A stretch of 64,000 nucleotides of DNA, taken from Phoronis australis (lineage: Eukaryota > Animalia > Phoronida). Both the position numbers and the translations under genes were made by a program. The stretch is from contig NMRA01000140.1 in the NCBI GenBank assembly GCA_002633005.1, positions 496,001-560,000 of the forward strand, written 5' to 3'. Under the pieces are notes generated by a model. The model did not search any database. It saw only the letters and a program-made list of their open reading frames with translations, and had not been told where the DNA came from. The stretch's first letter is position 1; the number at the start of each line of letters is the position of its first letter. Positions 53,801-64,000 of the stretch are shown in pieces.

Positions 53801-56800
53801 GGCGAGGAACATGTGTATCCCACAATTCTCTAAATGTGAAAAGGTCAATGGTCAACTAGCAGAGATCAGCCATTTTAAAAAATTTAGCAGTGAAGGAAAT
53901 TGGAAGAAAACTGAGTGCACTTAGAGAACTAGCCAAAAAGTTTGTTATTAATACTGACCATTGTCGAGGATTACTGCAAATAATTTCCAAAGCATTACGT
54001 TCAAGTTTTATGTGAATTCCAGTAGCTTAGTTACATTTTCCGTAAAAATTATCCAGACAACTGCATCATGATGCTGTGCACTCATAAAAGCACACCAGCA
54101 CAGAGGACTGTGATCAATATTTTCCATTTTTTTTGGTTGCATAAACAACTTGTTTTACTTGGCATGTGGGTAGTAGCAGTAGCCATACTCGTTTCATCAC
54201 ATGACTGCACACTTGCTGTGAACATGCTGGTCTACTCTATATGACAGTTTACCCTGCGCCGAACTAACCATTATCGAAATGGCAGCCATGCCAGAAAGGA
54301 TTCTGGGTATTCTGTCTTTCTGCGGAAAGTGTGGTTCTCTAATTCCAGTTATAGGATTTTTTTCAAACGTTGGGGCCAGCGCACAAAATTCCGGTCGTGG
54401 TCGTTCCTGCAAAAGTTAAACAAATTCAAAAAATCTATTAAATGCACCCATGCTGTTGATTAGAAATTGGTTTCAAATTTCATGAAGAACTACCACGGAA
54501 CTCGTCAGATACAAATGCAAACATTACACAGTTGCAACTAGGAGGCACAGAGATAATCAAATCTGATGGAAAACGTATGCGTGCCATCCAATCCATAATA
54601 GAAACATGACATCTGCAAAATTTCATGAACATCCATCAAAGGGTTTTGGAGATATGGCAATAAATGCTGAATAGATGCCAGACAGCCGGCAGGCAGCCGT
54701 ACAGAGATAACAGCAATATGCCTGCACAAGGAAGAAACCAAACTCTTATCTGGAGAAAAATTGAGACGACTAAGTTTAAGTATTAATAAGCGTTTTTCGA
54801 GATTTTCACACTGATGCCACCAGCATAAAGCCGTGCCCTCTAGTGTTAGTTACCTCCTCCTCTTCAAAGTCCATACAGTCCCAGTGATGCGTCAGACTGG
54901 CATTTTTCCTCTTCCAGTACTCCAGGAACGTAACGGCTAAAACCAGCAACAATGTTTAATGACTCTGATCTTCCTACTGTTCACATTTAACTCTGCTCTT
55001 GGAGAAATAGTTAAATGTCCACCAGCATCCCCTGATTTTGTTTCATCTAATGCTTTTAGAAAGCTGTTTTCTTTAAAATTATTTCCAGAAATAAACGGAT
55101 CTGACCAACTGAGGATACAATATGGCGAACAAGAGCAATAATGTTATTGGTCACATTTTATCCATAAAAGATGTTAGCAATAATGCTTTGCCAAGTTCAA
55201 TTTCTATACTGTAGCTACCTCCAATGTCATGAGGCACTGTCAATATTCAAAGTGTTATAAACCATTGAAAAATGAAAAAGAGCACTTTTCGCAATATTTG
55301 TCTGGAACTGGTGAGAATTAAAAAAAAAAAACATTTTCTAGGTCTTTCGAAAAAACGTGCAAAGATCTGACTGTCGAATACCAATTTTGACTGGAAGACA
55401 ATTTAGAAGCTGCGTCAGCACATCTCCATCCCAGCAACACATTATTACAACTTTAATTTTATTCAGTGATAAACAAAATCATTAAATCAACATTATTTGC
55501 CAAACAAATTCAAAGCTATGAATAGAGTTCAAATTAAAAGGCACAAGACAGAAAATAGTCTTGCTTCAGGTCAAAATGCAGGTTATACCAACAGTCAAAT
55601 TCTAAACTGCGCTACCAGTGCAGATAGTCTTACCCCAGAAGGCCATAAAGACAGCGAAGAACACCGTGCCAGCGTGATCAAACAAGTAGCTAATGCGAGT
55701 GTAGATGCAGACGTCTGACAAGTTCCAGTACTGGCATCCGACCTTTTCATCACACAAAGGACACATCAGAAACGCGCCACCACTGTCACAAACTTCATTA
55801 CTGAAACACATAACAAACTACAGTACTCGTAAAACTTCTCAATTTGGGATACAAATACCAGCTAAAAGTGTCACATTTCTAGTGATCAAACGATTACTAC
55901 ATTTTTGCAAATGCTCAAAAGTTTACGAAATGTTGTTTCTTGGTAACAGCTACATGATGCAAACCATGCCAAGAGCAAAGTAAATATTCTTGGAAAAATT
56001 ATTGAGAAAATTATGTCCTAAACTGGAGACTTTCAACCGTAATTTACGCAATTAAGGATGACGTCGAAATTCAAGTTTTGCCGTGAAACTGTGAATAAAT
56101 TTCTTATCAACTAGAACCCGTTTCAATTCTACCCAAAAGTGACAAAAAAAATCTCGACGTTGTTGCTCCATACATGTTGTTGAAGTTGGGCTTATTTTAC
56201 TTTGCAAGTCCATTATAATTCCATAAATCAACAATAAGCAGCTAGATTCAATGATTTAACGTAAATTAAAACTCTCTCACTATGACCGGCTAATGTCGAC
56301 AACAGTTCGAAAAAAAAAATTGCCAAATAAATTCTGGCAAGAAATTTGTCCAAACTTCGCAAAGTCTGCCTGGTTCAGTTTGGAAACTACATTGTAATAA
56401 CACAAGAGTAATCAAGTGAGGTCCATTGGTTATAAACCCAATAATGCAGTGGTGTACCAAGCATGTGTAATGTTGTGCTTACAACATACATCATCAACGT
56501 TCACTTAATAACTACAACTGTTTATTTCAATGGGTTAGACTTGCAACCTGAGAGCCTGTAGATCATTGATTTGTTCTCAAGCCAACAGGGAAAACTCTAC
56601 CGTTGTAGTAAGTAGAAGTATATGTAATGTGATATTCAGGTCACAGATGAAACAAGAACAATAAAATATATGACAAAGACGGACCAAATTCGTTTTTAGT
56701 AAAGACAGAGCAATCAACAGGATATTCCAAGCAATCTGGTACACACCAAAAATTCATTTTTATGCAATACTGATATGACCTTAACTCATCATACAATGCT

Positions 56801-59800
56801 GACCTACTTCATTTCATAATCCATATTTTCAAATATCCTGGGAATTACAGAATATGCCAATTCATCTCCAACTTACGCTGGTGTGTCCTGAAACATGGTG
56901 GCCAATCCATATACGAAGACAAGAACACCCACAACAGAGGCGGGGAGGAGCCACGCAGTGTAGAAGCCCAGCCAGGCGAAGTAGATGCCAATCTTCTCAC
57001 CAAAGTACTCCCTTATATGGTCAAGAGGCTGGTACTTGTACCACATGCCCCAGCGTGCCCAGTACTCACGCAATATTTGACGAGGGTTCAGGCTTTCTAA
57101 CGATGCATAGTTTTTAGGTTTTTCATAAGGGCCCTGAAATAAATAGTACGTTTGCTATGAAACTATGTCTGTAATGAGTATTTAAGTACATCATTTTTGG
57201 CATGTTGAAATTTGCTTTATCCAAGTTCAGAGCTACAGGTTTCGGAGCTCTGAAAGTGCTCACTTTAATGATATTTCAACTTACATCATGTAACGGGAAG
57301 GCTGCTTGGAATACATTTTCCTCCAGGAGGCGCTCAATTCCAATCTCAGCTCGTTTACGTTTTCCATATGCCGTGGTGGATAAAATCTCCCATAAAACTC
57401 GGCTTCTTTGAGTATCAGAAAAGTATCTAGCATGATCATCACTTCCTAGGAACCTTTAAGTAANGCCAGCATGATCAAACAAGTAGCTAATGCGAGTGTA
57501 GATGCAGACGTCTGACAAGTTCCAGTACTGGCATCCGACCTTTTCATCACACAAAGGACACATCAGAAATGCGCCGCCACTATCACAAACTTCATTACTG
57601 AAACACAAAACAAACTACAGTACTCGTAAAATTTCTCAATTTGGGATAATAATAACAGCTAAAAGTGTCACATTTCTATTGATCAAACGATTACCACATT
57701 TTTGCAAATGCTCAAAAGTTTACGAAATGTTGTTTCTTGGTAACAGCTACATGATACAAACCATGCCAAGAGCAAAGTAAATATTCTTGGAAAAATATAT
57801 TTGTTGAGAAAATTATGTCCTAAACTGGAGACTTTCAACCGTAATTTACGCAATTAAGGATGACGTCAAAATTCAAGTTTTGCCGTGAAACTGTGAATAA
57901 ATTTCTTATCAACTAGAACCCCTTTCAATTCTACCCAAAAGTGACAAAAAAAATCTCGACGTTGTTGCTCCATACATGTTGTTGAAGTTGGACTTATTTT
58001 ACTTAGCAAGTCCATTATTCCATAAATCAACAATAAGCAGCTAGATTCAATGATTTAACGTAAATTAAAACTCTCTCACTATGACCGGCTAATGTTGACA
58101 ACAGTTCGAATAAACAAATTGCCAAATAAATTCTGGCAAGAAATTTGTCCAAACTTCGCAAAGTCTGGCTGGTTCAGTTTGGAAACTACATTGTAATAAC
58201 ACAAGAGTAATCAAGTGAGGTCCATTGGCTATAAACCCAATAATGCAGTGGTGTACCTACCATGTGTAATGTTGTGTTTACAACATACATCATCAACGTT
58301 CACTTAATAATAACTACCACTGTTTATTACAATGGGTTAGACTTGCAACCTGAGTGCCTGTAGATCATTGATTTGTTCTCTAGCCAACAGGGAAAACTCT
58401 ATCTATGGTAACTAGATGTGCATGTAATGTGATATTCAGATCACAGATGAAAAAAGCACAAGAAAATGTTGCTATGACAAAGACGGACCAAATTAATTTG
58501 TTTTTAGTAAAGACAGAGCAATCAACAGGATATTCCAAGCAATCTCACTGGTACACACCAAAAATTCATTTTTATGAAATACTGATATGACCTTAACTCA
58601 TCACACAATGCTGACCTACTTCATTTCATAATCCATATTTTCAAATACCCTGGGAATTAACAGAATATGTCAATTTGTCTCCAACTTACGCTGGTGTGTC
58701 CTGAAACATGGTGGCCAATCCATATACGAAGACAAGAACACCCACAACAGAGGCAGGGAGGAGCCACGCAGTGTAGAAGCCCAGCCAGGCGAAGTAGATG
58801 CCAATCTTCTCACCAAAGTACTCCCTTATATGGTCAAGAGGCTGGTACTTGTACCACATGCCCCAGCGTGCCCAGTACTCACGCAATATTTGACGAGGGT
58901 TCAGGCTTTCTAACGATGCATAGTTCTTAGGTTTTTCATAAGGGCCCTGAAATAAATAGTACGTTTGCTATGAAACTATGTCTGTAATGAGTATTTAAGT
59001 ACATCATTTTTGGCATGTTGAAATTTGCTTTATCCAAGTTCAGAGCTACAGGTTTCGGAGCTCTGAAAGTGCTCACTTTAATGATATTTCAACTTACATC
59101 ATGTAACGGGAAGGCTGCTTGGAATACATTTTCCTCCAGGAGGCGCTCAATTCCAATCTCAGCTCGTTTACGTTTTCCATATGCCGTGGTGGATAAAATC
59201 TCCCATAAAACTCGGCTTCTTTGAGTATCAGAAAAGTATCTAGCATGATCATCACTTCCTAGGAACCTTTAAGTAAAGATGAGATAAAGACGATGTAAGT
59301 GCAAGCACTTTCAAGTGTATTGCCTGCACACAATATACCCTTAAACAGGTATGTTGTGCGCACACGTGATTGTCACTGACAGTCATTTGAAATTACAGAA
59401 TTGGCGCAAATCAGACAAAGGGCGTGTCAATTGATTTTAAAAATTCACCAAATGAATTTAATGGGCGGTCACAGGCAAATGAATTTAATGGGCGGTCACA
59501 GGCAAAGGTAAATGCCAGCACTGATTGTGCAGTATTTTCAGAGAATGGACAGAGCTATTGATTGACCGACACACACTGGCAAGTTGGCTGATAGATATTA
59601 TGCAAGCTTGGTAAAATTATGTTAAATATTCTCCAGTTTGGCCAGTCTCTAAAATTTGGGACATAGAAATTGTAGTCAAATTGATTTTTTTTGATTCTGA
59701 AGATTGAATCATTTTGGACATTGCATTTTTGTATCGACAGACTCTTAATATAGACTTCATAAAATCATCAAAAATAGCTGGCAATGCGACGTTTTCATGG

Positions 59801-62800
59801 GTCCTAATATTGTGTACCATTGAGGAGACGGATGGTTTGTCGTTGATCGCAATTCTTGATTTTGGGACAGTCAATATTGTTTACTAACTTCTAAAACTTG
59901 GTACAAGGTCTTACCTTGAGCAAAAAAATTAATTTTTGACCGTTCCAAATTGGAGAATTTTTTCCGTACTCAAGCTTACAGACAAATACTTATTAAACAT
60001 CACACAGTAATTCACAGGGCTTGGAATGACTAATGACAAAAAAGAGGAAAATTTTCCACGTGATGTGTCATTCCACAAATAAGCTTGTGTGAAATAATTT
60101 TTGTGTTGTAAAATTTAACTGAAATATTTTTACATATTAAAAAAAGTCAAAATAATTATAAAAACAGAGGTGAAATAAGGAAACTGGAAATCAAATAAGA
60201 GGAAATCAAAACTAAGAAAGAGGAAATCCTTTTAAAAGAGGGAAATTCCAAGCCCTGAATTCAACTATTACAGCCTACGTACTTGGCTAACTTGGATGTC
60301 TTGAACTGGCAGGTGTAGTAATCAGGTGGATTGTTTGGCACCTCGTTAGCCATCATATTGGGTACATGCATCTTCTCGAGGAGTCGACTGGACCAGTTAC
60401 TGGCAGGGTTAGGATGTTGCTGGAGGGGGCAGGAGGTGAATTAGAACAATGCACAACTACGCATACGTCAGTTAGATAAGTAACCAGGGGCAAAAATACG
60501 ATAACAAAACAACCAAATAATTATACCGAAAATGATGGATTGACAAACACTCGCGGTATCAGTGCAAATACAAGCACAAACATAAGCTTTGTCTAATTTC
60601 AAATTAGGAACACACACATTAAACTGATAATGACCGATACTCAACGCATTAGATGAGTCTAAACGTCTATCTAAATAGCAGGTTCTGCAGCAGGAAATCC
60701 TCTCACTGTGAAGACAACTACGTAAAAATGTCTTCAACCTAATCTCCAACTAAATACTAATATTAACAATAAATTTGGTTTTCTATAGCTACATTCAGAG
60801 AATTCTTTTGCCAAATTTGAAGTAAGAAGTGGAAAACAAAAATGATGCTTAAGTGCAACACGAAAATGACGTTTTGAAATTAATCAAATATCATCAGGTA
60901 CAATAATTGACAGAAAACAAAATATCATAACAGAAGGGGAAATTCTGTTACCATGCATAACACTATTTTGACTGTGAATCGAACTCACAGTGCTTTCCCA
61001 CTGGAGGCAAAACTTCGCTTTTAACAAATTTGTGGTAAGTGGGAAAGGTTAACTCTGGTAGTTAATCTGCAAGTGAATCTTCGCTGAAAATAGCAGGATT
61101 TGAAAGCGAAGCTTAGTTCGGTACTCATCGAAACTTCAGTATAGTGGGGAAGGTAGGAGCGAAACTGCAGCAAAGTTATTGGTAGAGATCGTGGCAACGA
61201 TATAGGATCATGTGAGAGGCAATGTGATATACTGCTAAATGTGTTTTTAAATGTAGTGTCACCAACGTGCTCTCAATGGATGTAAATAAATAAAATAATA
61301 CACAGCTGATGATGAATGACGTTGATCATTTTCATAAACATGTCTGGTAAATGGCCGGAGAACAATTTTCAGTTAGCCTCGAAACTGGCACTACTCAATA
61401 CTCGAATGAGAGTACGAAAGAATTGCGCCGTCTGATGTTGACTGAATAACTTTGATATCACTGTCTAGTAGTAAGCAAAAAATAGTAAGCGAAGTTTCGG
61501 CAAAACTTCAGAGAACCAATGGGAAAGCACCATCAGGGGCTACAGGGAGTATACACTCACACTTGGACACGCTAATATCACTCATCTGAATATGATTAAC
61601 ATCGAAACGTCCTTTCATACTGCACTCAAGCGTAGTTTTTTTTTCCTTTTCTTACATAGCTATATTCATTGACTAAATGTTAGTGGCTCACTAACAAACA
61701 TTGCTAGGGTGCAAACTACCGTAGTCCAACCACCGCAATATCCAGAATTCTGCCTAAGGAGAGAAAATGCTCAGCCTGTCAATCATCTACCATGCACTCA
61801 CCAACCCTTCGCCATCATCCCTTACTATTGGCTGAGAAAATAACATGACAAATCGCGAAATGACACAGAGGATACACAAGTCAGTCTATATTCTTGCTAA
61901 ATACAAGTCACCAAAAATCTTTTCTTAATCATCAAAGAGACAGTCTCCGAAAGGATAATGTTAAGAATTTCCCTCTTTCTATTCCTGGCCACCAGATTAC
62001 CGATAACATGCAACCTTCCCAAGAAATTATCGTTACCTTATTTAGCCAAACGTTTTTCTAAAAAGTTCAATCTGTCTCAAGAGGTTTGCTTGAGTGACTA
62101 GTCTCGCTGGCATTCAGCAACTCACAATTAAAAACACAAATAATGACCATTGGGGGCGTGGTAATCGCTGAGGGGGCATTTAAATTGATCCAGTTTATTC
62201 CCATAAGAAAACACTGTGGAAAAAATATCTTAATACTTGTAACACAAAAAATATGGTAATATTCATTACAAAAATCCATACAGATGTCAGTCAATGTATG
62301 TTTCATTCAAAGAATCTGAAAGTGAAAAAATATTAGTTTACAACAACGGATGTCTGTGACTTTAGAAAGCCACAGACACTGAGTTTAGAAATACAATTTT
62401 TAATTTCATATTAAATATGATATGCGTAAGAAATGAAGTAACAGCAACCATAAAAAGAACCAACAATTGTGGCAGTCTCATCATCACTTGACAAAGCTTA
62501 ATGTCTGATATCAAAATTGAAAATGGTGCTACGTGTACGTTTCCATCTACCTTATTCCCATTTATGACAGCTCTACTGGTCTAATCGGCCTTTCCTTCAT
62601 TAAGGGATCAGAAGCTACATTTTTTTGTAAAATGAGAACTATTAAGGCTACAGTCTACACCACCAACTGCAAAATCGGCTTGAACAAATCAATCATAATT
62701 TTTCCACACAGTGAAACTAATGTTAGTTGCCAGGGAAAGCACACTCAAACCGCATAACACCTACACAATGTCATTCATTTTTGAAAATTTCGCTATTAAA

Positions 62801-63095
62801 TGACAAGGATTATACATCAACTGTCAATTCCTCGTGATTTCCAGTTCCTGAAAATAATCCAAGAAGAATTTCACCCCTCCACAACATATGCAATTCACTA
62901 GCATGTGATTAACAGTCAATTGTGAATATTCAGCCAGTGTTTGATCTGTCTCTCCTCGTCTCCCTTATCCTCTCTCACTCGCCCTACCTGTAGTGGAGCC
63001 CTGAACTTCAGATCCTCAGCGTAGGCACACAGTATATCCCAGTGAGCAGACAGTTTGACGTAGTAGGTCATCTTCTTGTCACTCTGAACAATGTC
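41897..63095 (-). CDS. ANO7: Anoctamin / TMEM16 family protein, ANO7-like (N-terminal exons upstream of the window)
   Basis: Phase-compatible exons (5'->3'): 63095-62988, 60419-60283, 59266-59098 (dup 57453-57285), 58946-58690 (dup 57133-56877), 55800-55634, 54936-54854, 54406-54269, 53444-53249, 52178-52067, 50979-50925 (dup 49603-49549), 49186-49089, 48436-48312, 45933-45728, 45145-45012, 44397-44307, 43348-43217, 41959-41897. Motifs include [61 protein letters not shown] and EIRLD. The segment PNPASNWS...VPN...PPDYYTC is ANO7-like. Confidence 0.93.
42183..42209. repeat. (CA)n microsatellite
   Basis: ccacacacacacacacacacacacaca. Confidence 0.9.
42795..43096. mobile_element. Foldback / palindromic MITE-like element (~135-bp imperfect arms) in the last anoctamin intron
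   Basis: atatgcagaaaat...gttactgaacttactt...gggaaactttagt mirrors actaaagtttccc...aagtaagttcagtaac...attttctgcatat. Confidence 0.8.
49270..51318. repeat. ~680-bp direct duplication across a 257-N gap (probable allelic assembly duplication)
   Basis: 49270-49947 closely matches 50650-51318 and includes an identical 55-nt anoctamin exon. Confidence 0.85.
55667..59276. repeat. ~1.8-kb tandem duplication joined at a single N (probable allelic assembly duplication)
   Basis: 55667-57463 closely matches 57465-59276. The junction is the N at 57464, one exon copy (57597-57465) lacks its donor, and the exonic differences I found are synonymous. Confidence 0.9.
60015..60257. mobile_element. MITE with 13-bp perfect TIR and 6-bp TSD (hAT6-like)
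   Basis: cagggcttggaat ... attccaagccctg, with AATTCA on both sides (60009-60014, 60258-60263) and subterminal aagaggaaa repeats. Confidence 0.85.
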
Positions 63096-64000
63096 CTGTA
63101 ATACATACAATATTGCAGAGTAAACCTGAAGATACTGCCAGTGGCAAACGTGAAAAAAATAAAATTGCCACTAGGTGGCACACATCACACAGGTTGTTGA
63201 ATCCATCCGAACATTCGGTTGTGTCGTCCCATCGATGATAGGAACATGTCTGCGAAATTTCATGACCACTGTTTCATGTACAGCAGCAGACAGACGGCAG
63301 CGACAGCAGAATGCATTCACATAATTAATTATGTAATATATGATATATAATGTGCATAAAAGACTTGACTGCGATGTTGGACACTGAGATTCTTCAGTTT
63401 CCGCCACTCTCTTCACTTACAGGTTTAGTTTTTGACCATAATTTAAGAACAATTAACGAAACAATGAAATGCAAAAAATAATGTTCATTGCTAACTTCAA
63501 TTTCAAAATTGAAACTTATCAGAAGTTGATTCTGTTTGATTAGGTGTGCCTCATTTTTATTCATCCATTTAATATACATAATGTGCATTTCGCAATTATG
63601 AATACAAGACCTACACATTTTTTTAAAAAAAGATTATTTCTGTCCTTTAACAGACTGATTTTTTAAAGAAAAAATAACAAAAGGTGATATTTCAATCAAA
63701 AAAAGAAGTATGGACAAGAATCAAACATGTTTACATTTCAGCACCAAGATCCTCATTTTCATAACTATCAAGTCATACCTGTTTTTGAAAAGTTACGACA
63801 GTGAACACCTAATTCTATAAATTAGAAAACAAACAGATGTTAAATACACTACTTGGGAATGTACAAAATTCTATCTATAGGTAGAACAAATTTTCCTGAA
63901 AAATTCCACGACTTTTCAGAAAAAATCAAAATTATTTCGACGTGGCACTATCTTATATTTCAGTCCCTGGCAACGTATCTTTTGAATGTTCAGGCCATCT

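Noticed and set aside
44407-59505. Small direct duplications (29 nt at about 44407-44464; 27 nt at about 59449-59505)
   Set aside because: Ordinary two-copy slippage duplications in introns with no sign of function.
60865-61615. Hammerhead-like remnants at about 60865-60900(-), 61303-61346(+) and 61582-61613(+)
   Set aside because: Each has a broken core (AAAA, TAAA or CUGAAUA) and an unpaired stem I; at most decayed relics.

Overview
AT-rich, intron-containing animal genomic DNA, probably a marine invertebrate, from a gapped draft assembly. It holds four protein-coding genes: the 3' part of POLR2D/RPB4 (+, 402-2664); a single-coding-exon type II membrane FKRP/fukutin-like LicD-family gene broken by one extra base (-, 10784-12578); a TCP11-like gene (+, 26921-37433); and most of an anoctamin-7-like gene (-, 41897-63095, 5' end beyond the window). 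Two anoctamin segments are duplicated across N gaps and look like allelic assembly artefacts. The non-coding DNA is dense in transposon relics. (i) Several non-autonomous TIR elements have CA(G/T)G ends and exact 5-bp (once 6-bp) target-site duplications. One 7.85-kb copy carries about 5 kb of nested retroelement cargo. (ii) Penelope-like GIY-YIG relics carry minimal hammerhead ribozymes, including U3-A8 core variants and head-to-head inverted arrangements. (iii) There are also CR1/L2-type LINE fossils, Harbinger-like MITEs and long hairpins. All calls were made by eye from the sequence; no database search or folding program was run.
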